Shown here: positions 31,491-40,983 of the stretch, in pieces | Layout of the letters: each line of letters begins with the position of its first letter | How positions within the stretch are numbered: the first letter of the stretch is position 1 | NCBI GenBank assembly: GCA_963808235.1 | Contig: CAWEEQ010000004.1 | Coordinates: forward strand, 1,728,001-1,792,000 | Length of the DNA: 64,000 bases | Origin: an uncultured delta proteobacterium | GTDB taxonomy: Bacteria > Desulfobacterota > Binatia > Binatales > Binataceae | Direction: 5' to 3' | Translations under genes and position numbers: made by a program | The notes under the pieces: model-generated | Database searches by the model: none | What the model was told of the DNA's origin: nothing | Seen by the model: only the letters and a program-made list of their open reading frames with translations

Positions 31491-32999
31491 ATGCCTGATG
31501 GAAAGTCGGCTGAGTCCGCTGGCAAATCCCCCCACGAACCGGCGCCATCTGCACCGACGCCGGAGGCCGATGCGCCAATCGCGCGAGCCCCAACCGGGAA
31601 GCAGCCTCAAAGGCGGCCACTGTGGATGTGGATCGCCGGCGGTGTGCTTCTCCTTCTGGCGCTATACGAGGCCATCCCGTGGGCCATCACTGCCGTCAGA
31701 ACAGAGTCGACAGACGACGCCTACGTTAACGGACACGTCACGTTCGTGGCGCCGCGGGTGCCTGGTCAAGTCGTGCGTGTGCTGGTGGACGACAACAATC
31801 GGGTGCGGAAGGGCGACCTACTCGTGCAGCTAGACAAAGAGCCGTACCAGGTCAAGGTCGAAATCGCGCAAGCTGCGCTGTCGGTTGCACAGGTCGGCAT
31901 TGTGACAGCACAAGCAAAAGTTCGGAGCCTTGAGAGTTTGGCGCGCAGCCAACGGTTCGATCTGGCAAATGCTGCGCAGAACCTCAACAACCAAGTCGCC
32001 GACCTGCACTCGAAGGTGGACGCTCTTCAAGCCGCGAATGCCACCCTCATCAAGGCCCGGGCCGACTACGGGCGGGAGCAGCAGCTGTACCAACAGCAGG
32101 TTATAGCAAAACAGGAGTTCGATTCGTTCCAGCAAGCCTTTTCGGTAGCTCAGGCACAGCAGCAGGAGGCTCAGCACGATGTCGGAATGGTTCGTGCCCA
32201 ACTTGGGCTGCCATCCACACCTAAGAACGGCAATCAGCTGAGCGGCATCCCCGCGAATCTCGACCAAACTTATTCAGAGGTCAAGGTTGCCCAGGAGCGA
32301 CTCATGCAGACCGCGGCCGAGCTCGGGGTTTTTCATAAATTCAAGGAGACTCCCGACGAGATGCTCGCAGAGTTCTACAAGCGCGACCCGTCCGGCAATA
32401 TCGATGTGATCTACGATGAGATTGCCAAGAATGCACCCGACACGAAACAGGCTGAGGCCAAGTTGAAGGAGGCCCAAGCCAATCTCGATCAAGCCAAGCT
32501 GAACCTTTCCTATTGCGATGTCGTGGCCGTGATTGACGGTGTCGTGACGCGTCGCAACGTCAACCCAGGCGATCAGGTCATCGCCGGTCAGGGGCTGATG
32601 GCGTTGCGATCTCTCACCGACATTTGGATCGACGCCAACTTCAAGGAGACGCAACTAAGGAATCTGCGCATCGGACAACCGGCGGATCTCGACGTCGACA
32701 TGTATGGCAGTCATCGGCATTTTCAGGGGCGCGTTTCCGGATTCACGATGGGAACCGGATCTACGCTGGCGCTATTGCCGGCCGAGAATGCGACCGGAAA
32801 CTTCGTCAAGGTTGTGCAGCGGCTGCCGGTGCGAATCGATTTGACCAACTACGATCCTGACGTAGCTCCACTGTTCATCGGCCTATCGGTCACTCCGTAC
32901 GTGTACATCCACGAGACGCCTACCGGTCCGAACGCCGGCAAGATGCTTCAAGCCTCCGTATCCGGGACTGGTCCCGTTTCCGCGCCCGCCCCTCAATGA
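31491..32999 (+). CDS. HlyD/EmrA-type membrane fusion protein
   Basis: ESTDDAYV, WIDANFKETQL, LLPAENATGNFVKVVQRLPVRI. Confidence 0.93.
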   Translation: MPDGKSAESAGKSPHEPAPSAPTPEADAPIARAPTGKQPQRRPLWMWIAGGVLLLLALYEAIPWAITAVRTESTDDAYVNGHVTFVAPRVPGQVVRVLVDDNNRVRKGDLLVQLDKEPYQVKVEIAQAALSVAQVGIVTAQAKVRSLESLARSQRFDLANAAQNLNNQVADLHSKVDALQAANATLIKARADYGREQQLYQQQVIAKQEFDSFQQAFSVAQAQQQEAQHDVGMVRAQLGLPSTPKNGNQLSGIPANLDQTYSEVKVAQERLMQTAAELGVFHKFKETPDEMLAEFYKRDPSGNIDVIYDEIAKNAPDTKQAEAKLKEAQANLDQAKLNLSYCDVVAVIDGVVTRRNVNPGDQVIAGQGLMALRSLTDIWIDANFKETQLRNLRIGQPADLDVDMYGSHRHFQGRVSGFTMGTGSTLALLPAENATGNFVKVVQRLPVRIDLTNYDPDVAPLFIGLSVTPYVYIHETPTGPNAGKMLQASVSGTGPVSAPAPQ

Positions 33000-34603
33000 G
33001 TGCCGCAACGCTCCAGGTTCCGCTCGCCAGGCGATCGGTCAATCCGTGGCTGATAGCGATCGCCGTGGTGATCCCGACCTTCATGGAGGTCCTGGATACC
33101 ACCATCGCGAATGTTTCCTTGCGTTACATTGCCGGCGGCTTGTCGGCTGCCAATGTCGACAGCGAATGGGTCATCACCGCTTACCTCGCCTCCAATGCGA
33201 TCGTTCTGCCGATTTCCGGATCGCTCGCGCTGCGGCTGGGCAGGCGAAATTATTTCCTGCTCTCGATAGCCATCTTCACGTTGGCGTCTGCTTTGTGCGG
33301 AATGGCCGGAAGCCTTGGTTTCATAATCGCATGTCGAGCGCTTCAGGGTATGGCCGGAGGTGGTCTCCAACCCTCGAGCCAGGCCGTGCTCCTGGATGCG
33401 TTCCCGCAAGAGAAGCAGGGTCAGGCGATGACGATCTTTGGCATGGCGGCACTGCTCGCGCCGGTCGTCGGGCCAACGCTCGGCGGCTATATCACCGACA
33501 CCTACGGCTGGCGTTGGATCTTCTACCTGAACGTGCCGATCGGCGTGTTGGCCTTTTTCATGTGCCGCGCCCTGGTCGAAGATCCGGAATATCTACAAGT
33601 TGAACGGGCAGAGAATCGGAATCGACGGGAACCCTTCGATGTGCTCGGCCTCTGTCTGCTGGCTGTGACCATGGTTTGCTGGGAGGTCATGCTGAGCAAG
33701 GGGCAGCAGTGGGACTGGCTCGGCGACCCGTTCTATCGCGTGCAGACGCTGTTGATCCTGTTCATGCTCGGCCTGGGCGGCTTGATCTATCGCGAATTGC
33801 ACCTGCGCAATCCACTAGTCGCGCTTCGGACGATCGCCGACCGGAACTTTGGCATCTGCTGCCTCATTATTTTCTGCGCTTACGGAGTGCTCTACGCCAA
33901 CACCATTTCGCTTCCCGCTTTGCTGCAGTCACTTTTCGGCTACGACGCAACCACCTCCGGTTTGGTGCTTTCGCCGGCGGGAATCTTTTCGATCGTCATG
34001 CTCGTTATCGTCGGCGCTCTGCTATCTCGCGGCATGGATGCCCGATACCTGATGGCGGGCGCACTACTCACGATGGCGGTGGGAAACTACTGGATGGCAC
34101 TTCTCAACCTGGAGATCGGTCCGTGGCAGGTGGTTTGGCCGCGGGTGGTGCTCATCGCCGGACTTTCGATGCTATTCGCCCCACTTAACGTGGCGGCGTT
34201 CATCTACCTTCCGAAGGAAATTCGCGGCGCTGCCGTGGGATTGCTGGCTCTGCTACGCAACGAGGGTGGCAGTGTGGGGACCTCTGTCGCCCAAATCATT
34301 CAGGAACGGCGCGAGCAGTTTCATACCCTGCGGCTGAATGAAAGCCTCTATCCCCTGAACCCTCCGGTCAACACTCTCCTGGCGCACGGCCAGACCTATT
34401 TTCTGCAGAACAACGGCGATGCTGTATTGTCACATCAAATGGCGTTGGGCGTTCTCGGCCAGATGCGAGAGCAACAGGCGTCGTCATTGGCTTACTTTGA
34501 CGTGTTCTCGTTTTCAGCTGCAGTTGCGGTTCTGTTGGTGGCGTTCGTTCTGCTCATGCGCCGCTCGGTAGCGGAGAAGGGAGCCCATATCGGCGGCGAG
34601 TAA
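32996..34603 (+). CDS. DHA2/EmrB-type MFS efflux permease
   Basis: FMEVLDTTIANV, WVITAYL, APVVGPTLGG, WRWIFYLNVPIG. Confidence 0.94.
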   Translation: MSAATLQVPLARRSVNPWLIAIAVVIPTFMEVLDTTIANVSLRYIAGGLSAANVDSEWVITAYLASNAIVLPISGSLALRLGRRNYFLLSIAIFTLASALCGMAGSLGFIIACRALQGMAGGGLQPSSQAVLLDAFPQEKQGQAMTIFGMAALLAPVVGPTLGGYITDTYGWRWIFYLNVPIGVLAFFMCRALVEDPEYLQVERAENRNRREPFDVLGLCLLAVTMVCWEVMLSKGQQWDWLGDPFYRVQTLLILFMLGLGGLIYRELHLRNPLVALRTIADRNFGICCLIIFCAYGVLYANTISLPALLQSLFGYDATTSGLVLSPAGIFSIVMLVIVGALLSRGMDARYLMAGALLTMAVGNYWMALLNLEIGPWQVVWPRVVLIAGLSMLFAPLNVAAFIYLPKEIRGAAVGLLALLRNEGGSVGTSVAQIIQERREQFHTLRLNESLYPLNPPVNTLLAHGQTYFLQNNGDAVLSHQMALGVLGQMREQQASSLAYFDVFSFSAAVAVLLVAFVLLMRRSVAEKGAHIGGE

Positions 34604-34920
34604 GCCGGACTGCATCAGGCGCCGTCTGAACTCACGTGATTGCCCGCCGCCCCGCTTTGACGAGCCTTACGAAATCCAAAGCGCGGAAGCCACGCCTAAC
34701 AACACCGAGGCTACTGCCATCAAGACGGTCGCGGCTTTGTATAAAAATCGATCGTCCATATCGCAATTGTTTCCTTCAGATATTGCCGCTGCCTCTCTCT
34801 GCGGCACATCGAACTCGAGGCTGGAAAAAGCATTTCGTGTGCCGGACTCTTCACCCATCACAGAGCGTGAAAAGTCACCGCACAAATTGTGCGCGATAGC
34901 GATCGCGGCCTGTTAGGGCG

Positions 34921-36036
34921 TTACCGGCCTGAATTTTTTACCTGGACTGGGGTCCCGCTTCGCGCGGACTGGTAGGCTGCTTCGACCAGGCGCTGCGCCG
35001 CGACACCTGCCTCAAACGGCGGGTCCGGTTGGCAGACGCCTTTCAGCGCGGCAACGAAGATCGCGTCTTCGATTGCGTACGGAATCGCGAAGTAGTCTTT
35101 GATCGGGGCGAGGTACGGCCGCTCGCGCAGAATCTTTTCAGTGAATCGCGCCATCACTTCGGTGTCGCTGATCGTTTCCTCGTTGGCGCTCGATCCACGT
35201 TGAAGAATTATCGGACCCAGGGTGTCGAAATCAGACGCCGCGAAGAGATTCTCCGCGAAGATCTCCAGCCGCCGATTGCTCGCGCGTCCGATCATCCGAT
35301 GCCAGATCGAAGTGAGCTGGCCGTGGAAGCCGGCGGCGAATTCAAACTCGGTCGCGCCGAAATCCTCGACTCCGTCGGCGCCGTTCAGATTTCGGACCCG
35401 GCAGAAGAGACTCGCGACCGGCCCGAACATGAAGGTCATCAAGTCGAAATCGTGGACGCTGTGCTCGATCAGCGTGCCGCCCGCGGTCAGCGACGGATCG
35501 TTGCGCCATGCACTGGCGTGAACGCCGCGAGTCGGAAAGTCCTGGTCGTCGCGCATCGTGGCCGAGAGCATCCGGCCGGCGCCGGGCTCGCGGAACATCT
35601 CTGCCATCACGTTGTAGATCGGCGAGAACCGCAGCACGAGGCCGACCTGGCTCGTAACGCCCGACGCTTCGATCGCGGCGGACATCGCAGCAGCGTCCGC
35701 GGCGGACATCGCGAGCGGCTTCTCGCAGAAGATATGCTTGCCCGCGCGCGCGGCGGCGATACAGATCTGCCGATGCATGGCGGTCGGCGTGCATATCCAG
35801 ACCGCGTCGATCGAAGGGTCGGCGATTATTTCCTCGGCCGATTCGAGCGCGCGCGCATCGGGCCATCGCGCCGCGAGTTGCTCTGCCGCGGCATGCGACA
35901 GGTCGGCGACCGAGACCACGCGAACGCTCTGCTCGGTGCGGCTCGCGACGTAGCGGAGCATCATCGAATGCGTCTGGCCGATGAGGCCGGCACCGATTAT
36001 TCCAACCCGAATCTGTCCGCTTACTGCAGCCGCCAT
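34921..36036 (-). CDS. Gfo/Idh/MocA oxidoreductase
   Basis: GIIGAGLIG, ICTPT..H, AGKHIFCEKP, GGTLIEHSVHDFD. Confidence 0.93.
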   Translation of the reverse strand: MAAAVSGQIRVGIIGAGLIGQTHSMMLRYVASRTEQSVRVVSVADLSHAAAEQLAARWPDARALESAEEIIADPSIDAVWICTPTAMHRQICIAAARAGKHIFCEKPLAMSAADAAAMSAAIEASGVTSQVGLVLRFSPIYNVMAEMFREPGAGRMLSATMRDDQDFPTRGVHASAWRNDPSLTAGGTLIEHSVHDFDLMTFMFGPVASLFCRVRNLNGADGVEDFGATEFEFAAGFHGQLTSIWHRMIGRASNRRLEIFAENLFAASDFDTLGPIILQRGSSANEETISDTEVMARFTEKILRERPYLAPIKDYFAIPYAIEDAIFVAALKGVCQPDPPFEAGVAAQRLVEAAYQSARSGTPVQVKNSGR

Positions 36037-36197
36037 CAGGAGTTCCCGGATTTTTCTTCGCGGCGAAGTTTTTCCAACTCGCGTTCGCGTTTGTATTTGG
36101 TCGGGTCTTCGATCACGCGCGACGGCGGCGCCATCGGCTTGCGGATTTTGGAGATCAGCCCGCGGGGCTTGCGCGGTTTTGTCGGTCGCTTCGCCAT
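36036..36197 (-). CDS. Small basic protein, 53 aa (not in ORF track)
   Basis: MAKRPTKPRKPRGLISKIRKPMAPPSRVIEDPTKYKRERELEKLRREEKSGNS; fills the gap after pip and its TGA overlaps the next ATG. Confidence 0.7.
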   Translation of the reverse strand: MAKRPTKPRKPRGLISKIRKPMAPPSRVIEDPTKYKRERELEKLRREEKSGNS

Positions 36198-36202
36198 CGT
36201 GA

Positions 36203-37168
36203 TCACTTCGATGCCGCGTATTGATCGGTTGCGCGGATCAATTCTCGCGTGATGCTCGCGTTGGATGCATCGTGCCCCGCATCGTCAACGATCACAAGGT
36301 TGGCGCGCGGCCACGCTCTGCTTAAGTCCCAGGCCCACGCGATCGGCGATTGAAAGTCAAAACGCCCATTGACGATGACGCCCGGAATGTCCGCGAGGCG
36401 ACCCGCGCCGCGCAGCAAGCTTCCGTCTTCGATCCAGGCGTCGTGCAAGACGTAGTGAGTGACGATCCTCGCGAAGCACATCCTGAAAGCGGGATCCTCG
36501 AACCGCGGCGACAATCCGTGCCTCGGCGGCCACGCCGGCGTCGCGGACTCCCAAGTGCACCACGCCATCGCGGCTCGCTCGCGGACCGCGGGGTCGGAGT
36601 CGTGCAACAGTCGATGGACCGCCTCGACTACGTCGGCATCTCGGTCGGCAGTAAGCACTGCTGCGCGCAAACGCTCCCACTCTTCGGGAAACAGGATCGA
36701 GATGCCGCCGCGGAATAGCCAATCGAATTCCTCGCGGCGGCCGGTCGCGACGCCGAACAAAATCAGCTCGCCGACTCGCTCGGGATATTTTTCCGCGTAG
36801 GCGAGCGCGAGCACGCTGCCCCACGATCCGCCGAAGACCATCCATCGATCAATCTCGAGGTGGTGGCGGAGTCGCTCGATGTCCGCGATCAGGTTCGCCG
36901 TGTTGTTGCTCGCGAGATCGGTGTCGGGTGCGCTCGCGTGCGGCGTGCTCCGTCCGCAGTTGCGCTGATCGAAAAGCACCAATAGATACCTGGCTGGATC
37001 AAACAGCCTGCGATGCCACGTCGTGCATCCGGAACCAGGACCCCCGTGGATGACGACGGCGGGCTTACCGTGCGGATTGCCGCAGGTCTCCCAGTACAGG
37101 TGGTTGCCGTCGCCGACCTCGAGCATGCCGTGTCGATAAGGCGCGATCTCTGGATACAGAGACGTCAT
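36203..37168 (-). CDS. pip: Proline iminopeptidase
   Basis: GNPHGKP..HGGPGSG, FDQRNCGRSTP, FGGSWGS, GRFD, AGH. Confidence 0.93.
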   Translation of the reverse strand: MTSLYPEIAPYRHGMLEVGDGNHLYWETCGNPHGKPAVVIHGGPGSGCTTWHRRLFDPARYLLVLFDQRNCGRSTPHASAPDTDLASNNTANLIADIERLRHHLEIDRWMVFGGSWGSVLALAYAEKYPERVGELILFGVATGRREEFDWLFRGGISILFPEEWERLRAAVLTADRDADVVEAVHRLLHDSDPAVRERAAMAWCTWESATPAWPPRHGLSPRFEDPAFRMCFARIVTHYVLHDAWIEDGSLLRGAGRLADIPGVIVNGRFDFQSPIAWAWDLSRAWPRANLVIVDDAGHDASNASITRELIRATDQYAASK

Positions 37169-37169
37169 G

Positions 37170-38000
37170 CTAGTCGGTAAAGCCTACGAAGCTCATCTGC
37201 AGGCCGGTGGTCTGGCCGCGAGCGGCACGGCGTGAAAAAAATCGATCGGAGGCGCATCGAGTGCACGGGCCCACCTTGCCGATAGTTGCCGAAATTTCAA
37301 CATTTTCTGCCTTGCCGATAGTTGCCACTAATCCGGCGCGGACGAGCTGGTCGCTCACGATGCCGCGGAGATCGAGGTAGGCCTTGCCGGGCTTCCCCGC
37401 CCGGGTATGATTGCGCGCGCCGACGACTTCGGCGGCGAAGCGGTCGGCGAGGGCGGTATCGACTTCGAAACAGCAAGGTCCGATCGATGGGCCTAGCGCG
37501 ACGTGAAGATCGGAGGCGTGAGCGCCGAGCTTAGTCATCGCGGCGACGCCGGCGGTGGCGATATCGGCGACGATGCCGCGCCATCCGGCGTGGAATGCGC
37601 CTGCGATCTTGCGTTTCGGATCGATCATCAAAATTGGCACGCAGTCGGCGCTGAAGATGCCGAGGATAACGCCCGGCTCCGCGGTGACCATCCCGTCGCC
37701 GCGCGGGCGATCAGCGACGGTCTCGTGAGTGACGACGTGGATTTCATTGCCGTGGACCTGGTTCATGCGTCCAACTGCTCCGAGTTTCAGCGCCGGCACT
37801 TTGCGACGTAGGCGTTCCCAGTTGGAATCGACGCAGGCGGAGTCGTCGCCGACCCAATACGAGAGATTCAGCGAAGCGAACGGACCGCGGCTAACGCCGC
37901 CGGTGCGTCCGAGGAATCCGTGGCATATGGATGCATCGGGGAATGCGCGAAGGATTTCGATCGGGTTCGAGTCGGGTGCTGATTCTGTGTGGAATGCCAA
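37170..38000 (-). CDS. pgeF: YfiH/PgeF family protein
   Basis: GGVS..PFASLNL, QVHG, ADCVPIL, HAGWRG, GPSIGPCCFEV, FFS.R. Confidence 0.92.
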   Translation of the reverse strand: MAFHTESAPDSNPIEILRAFPDASICHGFLGRTGGVSRGPFASLNLSYWVGDDSACVDSNWERLRRKVPALKLGAVGRMNQVHGNEIHVVTHETVADRPRGDGMVTAEPGVILGIFSADCVPILMIDPKRKIAGAFHAGWRGIVADIATAGVAAMTKLGAHASDLHVALGPSIGPCCFEVDTALADRFAAEVVGARNHTRAGKPGKAYLDLRGIVSDQLVRAGLVATIGKAENVEISATIGKVGPCTRCASDRFFSRRAARGQTTGLQMSFVGFTD

Positions 38001-38084
38001 GCCAGATAGTCCCGCAGCTAATGTGCGGGTTGTTTCACTGAGTCCAGTATATCCGATGGTTCAGGGCTTTGAAATATGGGGAAG

Positions 38085-38177
38085 TAGGAATCTTAGTCAC
38101 GCCGGCGCGGCTGGCGGCAGGGGTGACCCCTGCACCCAGTGTGAGGACAACGCGAAATGCCGCGGCGGCATTTCGCG
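38085..38177. repeat. Two-hairpin dispersed repeat, family D (copy 1)
   Basis: First 53 bp match 40190-40242 with 2 mismatches and include the palindrome GCAGGGGTGACCCCTGC. Confidence 0.85.
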
Positions 38178-38271
38178 GGGTTTTTACGCTGGTCTAGCTT
38201 TGTCTGCCGCACGCGACGCGCCTATGAGCTGAAATCCCTCGGCGTCTGAAATTCAGCCGGAACCCAGATGA

Positions 38272-38324
38272 CAAAAAAAGGCACGCGCTGGTTTCACCAT
38301 GAGGGCATCTGATCGCGCGTGCCT
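38272..38324 (-). terminator. Terminator-like hairpin for a minus-strand transcript
   Basis: aaggcacgcgc...gcgcgtgcctt stem with an A7 run (U-tract on the minus strand). Confidence 0.5.
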
Positions 38325-39128
38325 TCGGCTTTCTCGGGGGAGTGAGTAGCCGACGATGGTTGCGTAGTACTCGTGCGCAGTTGGCGCCATTGTCAGTGCG
38401 TTACGAGCGGAACGATTCTGGACGTTAATCGTGCAGGCGATCCGCATCGCGGGGCCGAAAATCCCTGACTAGCTGAAATTCTCTTCGAGCGAGACCAAGG
38501 TCGCCGTATGCGGATCGCCTGCACTGGGAAAAACCTTAAGGCTCGGGGGATTCGCGGCGTCTGACCATCAAACGGACGAAGGTTTCATGCGTCCGCGGGC
38601 AGTGGGTCAGTTCGGCTTTTCGACGATGGTAAGTCTCGCCGCCGTAGCCGCTTTCTCCAAGGCGGCTGCTTGCTCTGATTTCTTCGCGGTCACCTCGGTC
38701 TGTCCGTAATGTGCTTTCATCCAGTCCTCGCCTTCGGGACGCTTGTATCAATGATCTTCCGATCCCCGAATCGGAGCGTAAGTACCATTGGCCGCTCGGG
38801 CGTCGCCCGGACGACCATCCGGGGTTGAGCGATCTCGGGTTGTAAAAATTTCTAGCTTCCGAAATTTTGGCTTCTAACCTACGATCGAGCATGAAACCTC
38901 TGCCTGACCCTCTCCTTGGACCCTTGCATAACCCTAGCGCGGCTTTCGGAGCAGAGCAGAGTCTTGAATCGCGCGCCAAAAAACGCGCTGTATAAGGTCC
39001 CTCACCTTCAATCCTCTCCCATCGGGAGAGGGGAAGATGGCTCGACCAGTTATGCAAAGCCTTCTTGAACATGGAGAGGGAGTCAGACTGGGATGGTCGG
39101 GTTAGCGAACGGATGGCGTGGTGTTGTT

Positions 39129-39177
39129 GGCGTAGAGAAAGATCCGGGGTCCCTCGGCTTCGCTCGGGATGACACAA
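39129..39177. repeat. Solo copy of the GIY-YIG element terminal repeat (family A)
   Basis: ggcgtagagaaagatccggggtccctcggcttcgctcgggatgacacaa, 1 mismatch to 22448-22496. Confidence 0.9.
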
Positions 39178-39239
39178 GGAAAAAGCGGGGAAGAGATCCG
39201 GAGGCGAGGCGAGAAAATCGGTTTCATATCCCCGATTCG

Positions 39240-40031
39240 TTACGGGGCTTTGTAGTTGATCTTTTGCCCGAGGAGCTTGCCCTTGGCGCTGTGGACAGTC
39301 AGGGTCGGGCCCGAGGTTGAAATTATCAGGTTCAGCTTCCCGCCGGCGCCATCGAGCGCGATCTTGGAGGTGTCGGCGCTCGAATCGTAACTGCCACTGA
39401 CCGTAAAATCCGCGGTCGCGCCAGTCGAAGTATCGATCGTCGCCGTGCCCGAGTACTTGTCGCCGTTGGGAGTCAAATCCATCGAGAGCATCCACCCTCC
39501 CGTCGAGTCGGTAGGCAGGTGCAAGACCGGTATCGCACTGCGTTTAAACGTTCCACTTTGGCTGAGGGTCTGCCCGGTCGAAAGGATTGTTATCGTCTCC
39601 GTCCCGGATCCGGTGCCATGGTCCAAATCGGCGGCGGCGCTATCCAGATCGTAATGCAGGTTCGCCGACACGCTCACCTTCACCCCCTTTCCATCCACCG
39701 TTCCTTTGCCCGACATCTTGAGGTTCAATCCGACATGCGGGTCGGCGGATGATCCTTTCACGCTGCCGCCAATACTGGTGATAGCGCCGTCGAGGCCCGA
39801 GACACTGAAATTACCATTGCCAGTCAGCTTGCCGGAGGGTTGTTCAGTGATAGAGAAATTAAGAGCGAAATTGGCAAGGTCGCCCGAATAGCTCCCCGAA
39901 ATATCCCAAAGCGGAACGAGACCGGTGAAATCAAACGAGTAGCTGCCATTGGCCTGGTCCGCGTAGGCCGCCCCCGAGCCCACAACCAGAACAACCGCGG
40001 CCACAAAGGCAACGATCTTAATCGACCTCAT
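39240..40031 (-). CDS. Secreted Gly/Ser/Thr-rich beta protein
   Basis: Signal peptide MRSIKIVAFVAAVVLVVGSGAAYA-D; no family recognised. Confidence 0.8.
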   Translation of the reverse strand: MRSIKIVAFVAAVVLVVGSGAAYADQANGSYSFDFTGLVPLWDISGSYSGDLANFALNFSITEQPSGKLTGNGNFSVSGLDGAITSIGGSVKGSSADPHVGLNLKMSGKGTVDGKGVKVSVSANLHYDLDSAAADLDHGTGSGTETITILSTGQTLSQSGTFKRSAIPVLHLPTDSTGGWMLSMDLTPNGDKYSGTATIDTSTGATADFTVSGSYDSSADTSKIALDGAGGKLNLIISTSGPTLTVHSAKGKLLGQKINYKAP

Positions 40032-40189
40032 CGCGATCTCTTTTGAACCCCCCAACCGATTCTTTTGCAATTCCAGAATCGGCGTTCCAAGCAGGCGTCG
40101 GCGCACGATACTCTCGGCTGCCTAACAAGGCAACCGCTGTCAGCTAACAAGCGGTCACTTAAAGATGGGGGGACGCACGAACAGGAGCT

Positions 40190-40282
40190 TAGGAATCTTA
40201 GCCACGCCTGCGCGGCTGGCGGCAGGGGTGACCCCTGCACCCGGGTTAAGACGAGAAACGACGCGCAGCGCGGCGTTTCTCG
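40190..40282. repeat. Two-hairpin dispersed repeat, family D (copy 2)
   Basis: Matches 38085-38177; the second hairpin shows compensatory changes. Confidence 0.85.
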
Positions 40283-40355
40283 GGTTAGCGTTGTGGGAAA
40301 GGTGAAGCCTTGCAAAGGTTTCATGGATCGAGTTCAGTTCCTTCCTTTTTCGCGG

Positions 40356-40570
40356 GTCGGCTTCGCGTGTCCCAAGTGAAGTCGAAGTGTTTTGCGCCGA
40401 GAAAGATCCAGGATCTTCGCTTCGCTCAGAACGACACAAAAAAAGAGCGGGCTGGCAAGAGAGAGCATCGCTTCGTCCTTCGAGAATACTCAGGACAGGC
40501 TCCGGTTCCTTCGGCAGGGCTCAGGACAGGCTCTTCGACTCCGGCGGCCTTCGCTCAGGACGACAGAAAA
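40356..40570. repeat. Cluster of degenerate family A and CTCAGGACAGGC repeats
   Basis: 40356-40440 aligns with the element right end; ctcaggacaggctc occurs twice, then ttcgctcaggacgaca. Confidence 0.65.
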
Positions 40571-40679
40571 AACGCTCGGGACGACATACGGAAATTCGCG
40601 GTCGGGGAGATTCGGTTGTTCGGTTGGCGCCGGATGACCTATAATTCTGATCTTTGAATTGCGAGGTTTTGGAGCGCCT

Positions 40680-40883
40680 ATGAATGGGTATCAATACCTG
40701 ATCGAGCGGAACCGGCTGATGATCAAGCTCGACGATGAGCTTGGGCGGCTGGTGGCGATGCCGGAGGCGGAGCGGCTGGCGCAGACGCGGCGGCTGCAGG
40801 CCAAGTTCGATGATGCGCTGGCCGCATTGTATGGGCAGGTGGCGGACGAGTATCCGGGGGAGCGCAAGAAGAAAGTTGTTTAG
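40680..40883 (+). CDS. Small helical hypothetical protein
   Basis: GGAG RBS, GC-rich third codon positions, TATAAT about 35 bp upstream. Confidence 0.7.
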   Translation: MNGYQYLIERNRLMIKLDDELGRLVAMPEAERLAQTRRLQAKFDDALAALYGQVADEYPGERKKKVV

Positions 40884-40983
40884 ATGACGTGCATCACGGC
40901 GCGCGTGCTTCACATGACGCACATCACGCTGCTTATTTTCAGATCGGTGACTTTTAACTTTTAACTTTTTAACTGAGAAAAAC

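Noticed and set aside
34667-34759. 30-aa hydrophobic ORF MDDRFLYKAATVLMAVASVLLGVASALWIS
   Set aside because: Plausible membrane peptide, but RBS spacing is weak and there is no other support.
35029-36252. Long antisense ORFs here and opposite dnaJ, glgB, uvrA, the CoA transferase and purM
   Set aside because: Expected in high-GC DNA opposite real genes; no motifs or start signals.
38536-39495. 319-aa minus-strand ORF
   Set aside because: It overlaps the real 39240-40031 gene out of frame and reads through repeat-derived sequence; no domain signal.
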